Positions 1-12,818 of a stretch of 64,000 nt of DNA are shown in pieces. Under the pieces are notes generated by a model. The model made no database searches. It was not told the DNA's origin and saw only the letters and a list, made by a program, of their open reading frames with translations. Each line of letters opens with the position of its first letter. The first letter of the stretch is position 1. The position numbers were made by a program, and so were the translations under genes. The stretch comes from Podarcis tiliguerta (taxonomy: Eukaryota), in assembly GCA_965153285.1 (NCBI GenBank), contig OZ229120.1; one strand, given 5' to 3'.

Positions 1-290
1 TATCTTCCTGCTGCAGTGGTACCTATTTACCTACTTGACTGATGTGATTTGGAACTTCTAGGTTGGCAGAAGCTGGGACAAAGCAACAGGAGCTCACCCT
101 GTTGCGCAGATTTGAACTGCCGACCTGATCACAGTGTCCTGTTGTGCAAGAAGCGGTTTAGTCCTGCTGACCAAATGACCCGGAAAGCTGTCTGTGGACA
201 AACGCTGGCTCCCTTGGCCTGAAAAGCAAGATGAACACTGCACCCCATAGTCACCTTTGACTGGACCAGGGGTCCTTTACCTTTTACCTT
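1..290. mobile_element. Sauria SINE fragments in opposite orientations
   Basis: 1-125 matches the 5'/middle SINE part on the minus strand (cf. 28495-28625). About 140-290 is the 3' part on the plus strand, ending in an ACCTTT-type tail. Confidence 0.75.
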
Positions 291-3200
291 CTGGAGCCTG
301 CTGTACACACTCCCCTCATGATTTAGATGAAAATCCTACCCATGATGACAAATCTCGCCCATAGTTACTCAAGTACAGTGAGTACATGTCATGGACCTAT
401 GGCTTTCCAGATGTTATTCCATTACAACTCCCATCATCCCTAACCATTGGCTATGCTATCTGATGCTGATTACAACATTTGGTAGGTGAAACTAAAAACC
501 TAACTGAAAAAACTCTGTAGCATTATTTTCAAGGAAACTCTTACTGAAACATCTGGATGCAGTTTTTTCCTTTTCAGTCTCTAGAGCCACAGCAGGTGCT
601 GTAACCTTCCAACAGTTTGACTTCACCCCCAAAGGGACTCTCCTCCATTGTCTCCCAACACAGACGGGTGCCAACAGTTTGTTCCTGTGATCAGATGTTC
701 TGGTTGATATGCCACTTGGTGAGATAGTTAACCAGAAAGCAAGCTGACCTTTTAATATCTGACTAGTTTATAACAGCTGTTGCAGCAACCCTAGAATGCA
801 GTCTACAAAAGCCAGAAGCTAATAAGAAATGACAGGGTGAGAGCTTTCTTTGAAGTGCAATGTATATGCTTCGATATGTTTTATATATTGAGATGAGTTC
901 ATTCCATTCTCCTAACACTAGGAATCTGGGATTACCTGGAAACTGATTGGCAAAAATTAGCTCTTGAGGAAAACCGTCTTTTGAAAAGAGAGTAAGAAAG
1001 CAGCCCCAACTAGTGCTCAGGCACAAACAAAAGCCAGAGCTAAAATAAATGACAATAAGAAATAGGCAAATGTTCAAGTTATTAACTAAGTGCAACAAAG
1101 CTTTTGGTTTAATTTGCCCATTTAGCATTCCATATGTAAGACTGCACTTTGTAAAGCAATAGCTGTGTTGGATGCAGAGATGAAATCTGGAAGACATATT
1201 CAGGGGACATTGTGTAAACGTGCCTGTTTTTTAGGAAGACCAGGAATGAGACCCACAAGTTGCATTATCTCTCTTGGAGACTTGAGATACATACTTTCCA
1301 CGTTATTGAGGCAAGTTGTGTGTTTGAAAGTTTGGAATGAAAGAGGCCCCATAAAAATACTGCTGTGTGCTGCTTTTGCGTGATGTTCTTCTTTTAGGGT
1401 GCCTATGGTTTGCTGGGCAGGAGAAAATGGTGGGCCCTCACCTTGTATGATCCATGCACTCTCTCTTTCGTCCTCTCCCTTTAACACACAAAGCTTCAGG
1501 AAATGCTGGCTAGTTTTGTCTGGGTGAAAAGAAGCAGAAGTTCCAGCTGGAAAAAGTTTTAGAAGATGTCATCTGTTCTGAAAATGAATGCCTCAGAATG
1601 CACTGAATGAGTGTCCAAACCACTTCTGTTAGAATGTCTTTACTCCCAGTGTCATTATGACTAAGCCTGCCCCATGTATGCAAAGCTTTTTCCCTATGGG
1701 CTCCCTTTAGCCACCCTCCCCAATCCTTATTACAGCCCAGATTCAACTACATAGGTATGCTAAAGTTACCAGCACAACAGGGCTCCCCCCCTCCTCCCCA
1801 AAATGGCTCGGTGTGTGTGTGTCTGGAGAACCTCCTAAACTGCAGGGGGGGGGGAGGAAGGAATGTTCTCTCAGACAAGCTGAAATGATTGCACTGATGC
1901 AACCAAAGGAAGTGTGATGTTGAATTCCACCCACTGTCTCATTCTTCTCTCAGCAGCCTACTTCCGTCTCACTTTGTCCCAGTTAACCTCTCTTTAGTTT
2001 GTTGGCTTGGCTTCCTGCTTCATTATCTCTTTCCAGTTATCACTACCCATCCGCTTTCCCCTTCCCTCGTTTCCATGTCCATATATGTGAGGATGCTTCT
2101 CTCTATGCCAGTGCCAGGCTAGTGCATGCCTCTCCCACCCTCTGCTTGTGTCTTCATCAGAACTGAAATTCTGCATCAGGAATAGGATCAAAGTGTGTGA
2201 GCCAGTTGGACTCCCAGAGGTTGTTGGGACTTCAACTCCCATCAGCCAAAGCCAGTGTGGCCCAACAGTGAGGGCTATGAGTGTTGTCCTGTGACCTTTG
2301 GGTGGCTGCACATTCCCCATCCCTGGTATGTGGCTTCTGCTTCAAACATCTGCCATCTTCATCAAGAACATACATTATGCAGTGCCCACTTCCCCAGGTG
2401 TAGGGGAGGTTACAGAAACCTCACTACGGGATTTAGTTTCTAGATGAGGCCACTGGTGACATTAATATTAGTTTTATTTACGAATATGCAAGCAGAACTC
2501 AAAGTGAAAACTGGGCTGTATTTTATTGCTTTTCTCTCTCCCTTAAATAGAAGGTGTTTTCACCATCTCCATGCTCTTATACAGCCTTCCTCAACCCAGC
2601 GGCCTCCAGTCGCTTTTAATTATAATTCCCTTCATGTCAATGGTCCATTGGCCAAGCTGGCTGAGGCTAAGAGGAATTGTAGATCAAAACATCTGAAGGG
2701 CTCCTGTTTCCAACCACTGGAAAAAGGTCCCCAGCTATCAGGATATCATATCTCATCATTAGCACTCACAGATGAAACTTTAACCAACTATCCTCTCCTA
2801 TTAGCCAGCAATCAGCTTTCCAGTCAGTAGCTACAGCACCATCTACTCAAGTTAGCTGTTTCTTTCATGGAAAGCTACTTGTAAGTAGGTTGGATTACTG
2901 TAAGTTCTAACCTGAGCATGGCATTGCATGCTGAAATCTGCTTAATACAGGCAACACTATAGGATTCATTAGGCTGCAATCCAACAGTCACTTGCTAGAG
3001 AGCAAGTCCCATTGAATTTAGTGAGACTTACTGTTGAGTAAACATGTATAAGATGGTGCTGTTAATCACCCTATTGTAACAAAACTCAAGAGTGGCTAAT
3101 GCCATCCAGCCAAGCTCCTGAAGGTAGCAGAGTTAGCCTGTTAAAGTGAAAATGAAGAGTTCAAAAGTTAGCAGATTTATAGTGGCTTAAACATTCATGG

Positions 3201-3309
3201 TCATAGTCCTACCTGGGCAGTTATCCTTCCACAAGGGCAGACATTGATGCTGAAATCCAGCATTGCCTGAGCTCTGCAAGTGCGGCTTTCTCCTGATTGA
3301 AGCTCAGAG

Positions 3310-3998
3310 TGTTTGAGGACTGGGACATATGCAGGGAAACCAAAATGCTTGTTTACAAAGCTATTGCATTACCAACCTTACTGTATGCTTGTGAAACATG
3401 GACCACTTAAAAACGCCATCTCCAGCTCCTCGAAAGATTCCATCAACTGTGCCTCCGAAAAATTTTACACATCACCTGAGAAGACCAGCAAACTAATGCC
3501 AGTGTACTGGAAGAAGCAAAGATCACCAGTGTCGAAGCAATGGTTCTTCAACATCAACTTTATTGGACTGGTCATGATGTGAAGATGCCTGATTATCGTC
3601 TTCCAAAGCAACTACTCTATTCTGAACTTAAAAATGGTAAATGTAATGTTGGTGGTCAACAAAAGAGGTTCAAAGACTCTCTCAAGGCAAATCTTTAAAA
3701 ATGTAGTATAAACACTGTCAACTGGGAAACACTGGCCTGCGAGTGCTCCAGTTGGAGAACAGCCTTGACCAAAGGTGTCATGGGCTTTGAAGACACTCAA
3801 ACTCAGGACGAAAGGGAGAAACGCGCTAAGAGGAAGGCACGCTTGGCAAACCCTCAACTCTCGCCCGGAAACCTAAGTCCCCACTGTGGAAGGACGTGTG
3901 GATCCAGAATTGGCCTCCAGAGCACTTATGGACTCACTTTTGGAAACCATGTTTAGGGAAGACAATCTTACTTGGCTACAAGTGATCACCAAAAAAGA
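3310..3998 (+). mobile_element. Degraded 3' end of an RTE-clade LINE
   Basis: Broken frame reads roughly TKMLVYKAI-LPTLLYACETWT...MPDYRLPKQLLYSELKNG-NVGGQQKRFKDSLK, typical of the RTE C-terminus; contains stops. Confidence 0.8.
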
Positions 3999-4621
3999 AT
4001 CCACATTATCAAACATATGAGAGAGGTTTTTTATTGTTAATGTGGCTGTTGTTTTTGTTTTCCTTTTAAAGGGGGAGAATCCTACATGTTTCTATTTCAT
4101 CTACCAGATATTAGAGGCATGTATAAAGCATGCAGTGTATTTTAATGCATTTATTGAGGGGGTGGGAAGCATCAAACAATATGATATACTTGAGAGTCAG
4201 GCCACACTGTCATCAACCATCAGGCAGCTCTCTTTCAAGCTAGTGGTTTGTAGTTAATACCAGGAAACAAACCCTTAAAAACCTCTTAACACAAAAGTAA
4301 GGACGTTTCCCCAGGAAATTGGTGTTTTCTAGCAGCTCTGTATGTGCAGAACTGAAGGGGGGAAATCAACTCTCTTTCCCACCCCTGCTTTAAATGAAAC
4401 TAGACATTCTCAAGCAGCAGCTGATAAGAGAGCAAGTCCCATTGAATTCAGTAAGATTTTGTTCTGCATAGGCATGTTTAGGATCACAAACTTATGTCTT
4501 GGGTAGTAGTCACAAGCATGAACAACACACGAGGCATGCATAATACTTCTAAATTTGTGGACTTAATAATAGTGGACTTCACAGCTAAACTTGAGTACCT
4601 GTCCTAGGACCCTGATGCCAG

Positions 4622-4790
4622 GGAAGGGACCAGAGGTCAGCTGGTAGAGCAGATGTTTTGCATGCAGAAGGAGCCAAGTGAAGTGTCCCTGGCAAACACC
4701 TTAAAAAATGGCTGCCCATCGGTCCTGGCAATGCTGAGCTAGATTAACAAAATCTGACCTGGCATAAATTATTTCTCTGAATAACTAGAA
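4622..4790 (+). mobile_element. Degraded tRNA-derived SINE (Squam3-like)
   Basis: A-box-like tcagctggtagagc and tgcatgcagaagg head. Related copies lie on the minus strand at about 46050-46210 and 56375-56555. Confidence 0.45.
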
Positions 4791-6010
4791 TAAACAGAAT
4801 AACCAGAAATTCATGATTTTTAAAAATTATGGAAGTTTTCTTGTGGGAACAATCCAATATAGAGCAAGTTTTGTGTTTACTCTCAGAGTAACACGCACCC
4901 AAGATTCTTGAAGTATTGCTGCTTCTGGCAGCAGCCAAGATAGCTATTCTAATCAAGAATCTTGGGCATCTTCAAATTGCACATTAGAAATTACATCTCA
5001 ATAAAGTTAATGCACACAGCAAAGGACAAGACTCTTGTGTTGTCAAACCTTGTCTAAAAAGTTGGAGGAGAGGTGATTTTGCCAGGCAGTTTGTCGTGCT
5101 GCATATGAAACTTCACCTGCTAAAATCCCCTTTTCTACACAACTAAAGGAGCTCTATCCTCTTTTGAAGCTGCACATCCTCCACTCCACCTGAATTTCAA
5201 GGAAATTACTCAGAAGGGAAATGAAAGACCAAACTTATGAATGAGAATTCAAGATGCCACCTCTGTTACATGCCCCCCATACTCACAGATGCAGTAAAGA
5301 TAAGGGAAGAGAAAGTGAAGCAGCAGGCAGTAAGAGGGGCAGGCATAAATATTAGCTGCTAGACATAGCAAATACTTTACTGTTGTTTCCATGAATTATC
5401 CTGTAATTATCCTTGTGCAAAGAACTGGCAGGCACACAGCTGTGCTTCCTCTTCCCACACAGATCTCCTGCCAGTACCTTGCTATTGACCTTTCCTCCCC
5501 AACGCATTCCTGGCACTCCTGTAGGTTGCAGATCCTGAATGGTTAGGTTGGCAAAGTTCAGCAGAAGAGACTTGTGCTTAGTGTGAATTGGGCCCAGTAA
5601 TTTTACTTCATATCAGTCTTCTTGCAGCTTAGTGACTGCTGAAATGGAAACATCTGTTTCAAAGCAACGTGCAACCAAATTCTCTGCAGTTTCAGTGAGT
5701 TTAGGCACACGTAATCCTACACTGGATTGGGCTGCAATCATATGTTACCTTACTTAGAAAGAAGTCTTATTAAGGTCAGTGTGATGCTAATGTCTGCAGG
5801 CAGAACCAAGACGGCTCTTGTAGATGATGTTAATGACCAGGCAGCTCTGCATGGGGGGTGTTCTCTCAGATAATCTGGTCCAAATTGTTTAGGGCCTTGC
5901 AGGATAATATTCCAAACCAATATTAATGACAGATCTACTTACAGTGCACTATAGCAACCGAGTCTTGAGGCTACCAATGTTTGAGTTTTGGGAAATTGCA
6001 GTCAAATATA

Positions 6011-6635
6011 CCGCATTTCCCCCTCCATAAGACCCCCTCCATAAGACGCACCTGACCATAAGACACACCTAGTTTTTAGAGGAGGAAAACAAGAAAAAAA
6101 ATTCTGCGCAGAGCGTGTAAGCGACTCTTGCTTTTTTTGCTTTAAAGCAAGCAAAGCGAGAGCCGCTTACATGGCTTCTGTCCCGCTTTGCGCAGCTCTC
6201 ACTTTGCTTGCCCATCCCTCCCCCTCCCTCGCTGTAAAGTGAGGCGACGCTGGAACAAGAAGAGGAGGAGACACTGGGACAGGTGCTTTGCTTGCTTTAC
6301 AGCGAAGCGGGAGGAGGGGGCGGAAGGTGCTCCCGTCCGTCCCTCCTCCCGCTTTGCTGCAAAGCTAGCAGAGCAAGAGCCGCTGACACGCTCTCCGTGG
6401 CTCTTGCTTTAAGGCAAGAATAGTGAGAGATGCGCAGAGCATGTCAGCGGCTCTTGCTCTGCTTGCTTCACAGCGAGCGACAGACGGGAGCCATGGGTCC
6501 AACTGCAGAGGCATCTCTCAGCTCGCGACTGCAGCGACAGCTGAGGGATCCCTCTGCCGTCCCGTGCATAAGACGCACAGACATTTCCCCTTTTTAGGAG
6601 GGGGAAAAGTGTGTCTTATGGAGCAAAAAATACGG
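6011..6635. mobile_element. Tc1/mariner-superfamily (Tc2/pogo-like) MITE
   Basis: Degenerate TIRs of the CCGTATTTTTYGCTCYATAAGAC type, TA on the left, CpG-rich interior with internal inverted repeats. Confidence 0.8.
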
Positions 6636-7924
6636 GGGCTAGTTAATTCACGAAAGGGTTAAGACACAGAAGTGTATTCCTAGACTCAATTAGGTCTCAC
6701 CTCCTCATCTCTGGTGAAGAAGGAAGTGAAGCTTCCTTTGTTCACTCTCTTCTATGTGAAGCCAACCAGCCAACTGGGCTTCTGCACTTCAAACCCAGAC
6801 TGCGTGCTCAGAAGTATTTTTCTGTTTTTTGTAAACCAATAACGTTATACTTGTGTTCTTCTTGCCATTGCATAGAATAATGCACGAATCTGATCTTTGG
6901 GGCTTGTAAGTAAAGCAATTTAATGGTGAGGTCTGTTCATTGTGAGAGGGGTAGAAATGGGAAGCACTTTAAGCAACTTAAACAGGATATTTAAAATGTT
7001 TAACAGTCTATGCTACACTGCTGCTTGCTTTTGTGGCTTTAACACTCTGCTCTCTCTCTTCCTGGAATTTACTTGCCCCACATATCTGGATGTAGATATC
7101 CAGCACAATTATTTTATTAATTATCCCATATGGGCAATCTCTATATAATTTTCATTCCCACGGGGCCAGCACAGCAAGGATGTCCGTGTCCAGGAAAAGC
7201 CACAGCTTGTGTAGAAGCCACAGCTAGTGAAAAGCTTTCTTTCGCAGTGTGACCACATGCACATCCAGGAGGACTCTCAAACTATGTTCTTGCTCCTTCA
7301 GGAGTGCAAGCCCAAGCAGAAGAGGCAAAATGCCCAATTCCCAGATCTGGGAGCCCCCCACCCACAGGGATTCAGTTTATTGGTCCTCATCCAGCCCACC
7401 ACTGCATCCAGGCACTGAAGCATACGGGGGAGTTCCCTTTAAGAAGTTAGGGCAAAACTATTTTTTGCTACTGGATTGTAAGCTCTTTATTTCTGATTCA
7501 TACATACATATTGTACATATACTGATATTACATATTATATTGCTTAATCTAAACAATTTTGTTAGCAGAGTTGAACAAAATGAATAGTGCATTAGGGCCT
7601 TTCCAGATAACAGGAGAAATCCATATTGTTCTTATTAGCATTCGTAATAGTAGCCGTACCACTAGCCCCAGCCTAGGGCTAGTGGCAAAATACCCCATTC
7701 CTGACATTATGCAGAGAAGGTAGTAGATCCTCCAGGTGAAAAGGGGAATAGCCTCTGCAAAAGTTTTTTTTTAAGTAAAGAATTTTAAAACATGTAGCAT
7801 AAAGATATGATCCAGCCAAAGTAAAGTATTTGAAAATCCAACCATCTTAACTGAGTTAAAGCATATGCCTAAATCACTCTTACTAAGATCAAAGGGTCTT
7901 TGAACTCCTTAATTTTGGCTATTT

Positions 7925-8520
7925 GGTACAACCGCATTTGGACTACTGTGTTCAGTTCTGGTTAGTACACATCAAAAAGGACATTGCAGAGCTGGAAAAC
8001 CAAAAATAACCAGAGAGGTGGAACAATACCCATTATGAGGAATGATTGGGGCATTTGGAGCTCTTTATTTCTTTAAAAAAGGCAAGGGGGAAGGACATGG
8101 TAAATGTGTGTAAAATGATGCCTGGTGTGGATAAAGTGGACATTTTTCTTCCTCTCTTGCATGACCCAGGCTCATCCAACAAAGATCAAAGGCAGACAAA
8201 AGGATGTACTTGTTCATATGGCACATAGTTAAATGTATGGGATTTGCTGCCACAAGACATAGTAATGGCTACCACTTTGGATGGTACTAAAAGGGGTTTA
8301 GACAAATTCATGAGGATAGGTCTATCTGTAATGGCTACAAGCTGTAACAGTTTGTGCTACCTCTGAAAACTGGTTGCTGCAGAACAGGAAAGTGTAGTTA
8401 CACTCAGGTCCTGCTTGCAGAAGGCTTCCCGGAAGAGGCATCCAGTTAGTCGCTATAAAAATAGGATGCTAAAATAGGCGGGCCTTTGATATGATCCAGC
8501 AGGGTATTCTGATATTTTTT
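7925..8520 (+). mobile_element. Old CR1 LINE 3' fragment
   Basis: catttggactactgtgttcagttctgg aligns by eye to the CR1 at 55626; many indels. Confidence 0.7.
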
Positions 8521-8879
8521 GTATCATGCTCCATATATTTAAAATATCACAAAATTGTATGGAGAGAATGGGGGAGTCATGTTCATCACCATTGACCTCC
8601 AGGGCACTAGCCAATAGGTTCCATAAATGTGCTCCCAGTCCAAACTGCACAAACATGTAGTTTCTGCTGGTCCATGAACTGAAGAGGGGGAATATAATTT
8701 GCTCAGTAATAAAATAATCATAACAATGCAATTAACCCACAACATATCTTTTTGACATCTGAATCTGCCACAGTAACTAAGAAACCACACAAAGAAAACC
8801 TAGAAAGGCCCTAAGTAATGCTTAATTATGAGCACTTAGATACATGAGGAAGGGAAACTCTATGCATTAAAAAGTTTAC

Positions 8880-11800
8880 TTGAGTGTAAGTATTTGAATT
8901 TATTTTTAAAAGAAATAACAGTTTTTGCTGAACATTGCTAGGTAGTAATTAGTATAATATGCAACTGACATACTTATACTTTTTTTGGAAAGAATAAAAT
9001 TCTAAAAATATATATTAACAAGCCAATAGCACTTTGTTCTTTAAGTTGAAGAAGACAATTTGTTTTTAACAAGACATTTGTCTTATACACCTTCTTAACC
9101 ATCAATGCCTTACAAGCAAATTGCAGTAATGTCACCATATTTTCCATTATTTGACAAGGGGCAAATAATGTCAGTAATTCATAGCTATGGCATAAGTAGC
9201 CTGGTCATATGTGGAGTAACTCTGCCCGGGACTGGATTGTAAGGCTGCACTCCTTACTAGGGAGTATAAGCCTCACAGGATCAGTGGGTTTTACCTCTGA
9301 GTAAACATGCATTGGATCAATATGTAAGAAAGATGGAACATCTAAAAATAATTGCCATTTTGAACACTGGAATGTTAGTGCCAAAAACATTGGGAAGCAA
9401 AATTGCCAGCATTTAAACTGGTACTTGCAGCTGTGCCCTTAAAGCAATTTGCAAGTGATAATGTTTATCACTATGTATGTAAAGCTTCATCTCTTGTTGA
9501 TTTCTGCAGATTAAGCAGTTGTTTAAAGGCATAATAAGATGCCGGGCTTATTATTTGGCAACCCAACTTGAAAGGGCTAATCCCAAGGGCCCCAGTCCAA
9601 CACTCGAGTTAGGCACAATTAATGTAAGTGAAATCAGGGGGAATAAGAGCACAACATTGTGTTATATTGTGACTAAAATGTTTTCGAAAACACATTTTCA
9701 CATTTAAACATCATAGACTTGCACTATTTAAATTATCACACAGCATCTCCCCAAAACAAGGTACAGTATTAATACTTTCAGATTGCAAGAGCTTAGTACA
9801 CAGAAGCAGAGCTGTCAGCTCCATTAGCTCAACAGGGCAGATAGTATTGTGGCAGATAGCACAGTGCAGTTGACAAAACGCCCCGTAACATAAATTCAGT
9901 AGTACACACAAGCACCCTGTAGATATCTACCCCAGTCCAGAGCTCCATATACCAGTGCACATACCGAGTTCTTGTGACCATTTACTTCAATAGAGAGAAG
10001 CAACTGCAAACACACAACAAAATGTATATGCAACACAGCTTCCTCCACTAAATGTAATGGGAGTCCCTCTGCAGACAGATAATCTCCATGTGCTCATTAG
10101 CACAGCAAGTGATTGATTGAGAAGAGTAAGTACTGCCATGCATTAAACGTGTTGGTGGAGGGAACCCTGCACTGTTACCATTGTCTCATATGACCATCAT
10201 CAGTTCTGAATTTACTTCTAGATCTAAGAACCTATATCACTTTGATTCTATGAGTTTTCAAATCCAAGGCTAAGCAGGAAACAGGGATAATGTTCTTCTT
10301 TCATCACAATCGGGAGATAATTCATATGACTGTTTCTGAGGTAGAAGAGTCACCACAAGGTTCATTTTCCTATTAATATCTTCAGAGTAAAAGGATCTTA
10401 TAAGGGAACCCCATGGCAAAATTGCACATTAACATACCCTTCAAAATGCTTGCTTTCTACTACAAACATAGTACAAGGGCAAAAGACCAATATTCACCAT
10501 CACTCTTGTACTGCATTGCATAGTCCTAATGTCTGTGAAGAATACGAGTTCATGGGAGGCATTGAAAAATTTAGACTGGGAACACTCTCAGCATCTGGAA
10601 GGTAACTCAAACCTCTGTCTGTTAAACCATGGCATCTGAAGTAGAATTTCTTCTAAAGAACAATCCAATTTTCAAATTATCATTATACAGGATGACATAA
10701 AATGTCAAGTGCTAAGCTGGGTTCCACTCTTGTATAAGAATCAGTGCTCAGCACTTTATGGGACTGGCACCACACAGGGCATGTGTCATTCTTGGAACTT
10801 CTTCAAGCTTAGATTAAGGAAGAAACACAGGCAGCGTAAAAACTGATGTCAAACAAGGAACCTCAGATACACTGCAAAAATATAATTTGTTCCATGACAT
10901 TTAACTACAGACCTTTCTTATTTCCTTCATTTCTTTCTGTTGACAGAACCTATTTCAATCCTTTTAAACAATCCAACTTATTGTGTTGGATCTGAAGGTT
11001 TTCTTCCTCTGATGGATGGAGCTTGCTCCACTAGAAGAAGACACTTTCTATTGGATTGGCAGAAGGTGCCTTCTGCTGGAGAATGCAAACCTTTGGCTCC
11101 GAAACCAGTATATATGTAAGTGGATTCCCAATGTTCAATTTCCATCACACACACACTAGTGGCAGAAGTTGAAAGATAAAGGGGTTGCAGTCATGAAGAT
11201 ATGGGCTGATTCAATTTTCAGTGGCACCTCCCTTGCCAACAGTGATGGCTTTGATAATGGACCGCAGAAGGTCCCAGCTTCCCTCTTTCTGCCACCCATC
11301 CCCTTGCATGTTGGACAGCAGACTGGTCCCTTCCCTATAAAACAACGTATTGTTCAAGGTGAATGTGAATTATTTGTGAATGGAGATAATGGCAACCACT
11401 ACCAGCCCTGCCTGTCATAACGACTACAGATGACTAATGACAAATGATGATTAGTAATACAGGATATTGATTTAATCTACTTGAAGCTATATTTCTGGAG
11501 TAAGATGATAATAACTAGTGACTAAATTTATTACAAAAAGCTACTATGAACATGTTATGTCTAATAGCATCCACTTTTTGATTAAATAAGACCCACACAA
11601 CTCAGCATTCTATTTTCAGTCTGGCAAATTAATTAATTTGTCACCACCATTTGAAAATAAACTAGTGTGTTTTAGAATTGCTAGGGTTCTTTTTTCTCAA
11701 CAGAGGGGTGTTTGTTACTTTCCAGTACTTTAGTTAGCATGAAGATTTGAATTTGGTACTTTGTTAGTGATGACAACTGGTACCGCAATCAAATTAGAAG

Positions 11801-12787
11801 AGAACCTTTATTTTCTCTTTGGGGCTGTTATCTCAGCATACTATCTGATGACCTCAGCATATGTTGCCTCTCTTCCTGCATCCTTTCAGTCTGGGATTTC
11901 ACCGAGGTCCATACATATTCTCATTCATACAAGGAGTATCCTTTGCTTCTGCAAGCATTACCTTCTCTGGGGACTTCCTGTTTCCTTAACAACACATAAA
12001 ATTAAGAAAAACATTCCATCCTTGTTATTCATAGCACTTTTGTGATCAAGAATAGTCCTGCATAGTGCCTGTTATTGAGATATAGTGAAAGAAAGAAAAA
12101 TACTAAGAATTTTTGGGGGAACAAAGGAGTGGAATTATAGCTAATGGTGGCAAACCAAGATCAGTGAAGTCTCTGAAGAACTTGTAACGCTCCATGTGAG
12201 CTCGAGCTCCCCAAATTCTTCTAAGAAGCAATGTGTGTTTTTCTCTCATAAAGCAAGGAAGGTAGCAATCGGAGTCTCTCCTTGCACAGAATTCTGCATG
12301 CCTAATTGAGCCCATTGAGCTCAATGCACTGGAGCCACTGGACTGGGGCATTGTTATAGGGAAACTAACATTTCTAATGTAACTTGGCACAGATATGTTA
12401 ATACGCTGAAGCCAAAATGGAACAATAAATCAAACGTCCAGAATCACGGATGAGGCACACTGATGGCAAAATTCAGAACTGGGGGGAAATGCATATTGCA
12501 GGCAACACTTCTGAAGGTAATGCACGAATCTGCACGTTGCTGCCTATTTGGCAGTAGCAGCAGCCCTCCATATATATTTTTATTTTACTTCAGAAAACTC
12601 TGAATGGCACTGAGTGATCAGAGAACAAAGGTTGCAATCTACCAGGAACTATTCTTGCACCAACAAGCCTCATGAAAAGAGTCATCCTGGAGGATTGTGC
12701 TCAAATGAGAAACCCAAATTGTCCCCATCCTCGAGGCCCAGGCACACCAAACAAATGAAAATTCTCTTCTGCACTTTGCCAAGGAAG
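8880..12787 (-). other. PRUNE2: Probable PRUNE2 3' UTR (about 3.9 kb; end approximate)
   Basis: AT-rich, TE-poor stretch after the stop. Minus-strand AATAAA at 8899-8904, with other candidates near 11527 and 11807. Confidence 0.55.
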
Positions 12788-12818
12788 TTAGGGATTTCCT
12801 TTCACAGTCATGTCAATC
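12788..12818 (-). CDS. PRUNE2: PRUNE2 last coding segment (EIDMTVKGNP*)
   Basis: Strong pyrimidine tract ttttcttcttcttttgtttccctaaag|; 31 nt to TAA; similar in length and sequence to mammalian DIDLKLKEKP*. Confidence 0.88.

Noticed and set aside
1-8800. A neighbouring gene (e.g. GCNT1) downstream of PRUNE2
   Set aside because: There is no long ORF or recognisable exon; only short random ORFs and TE remnants.
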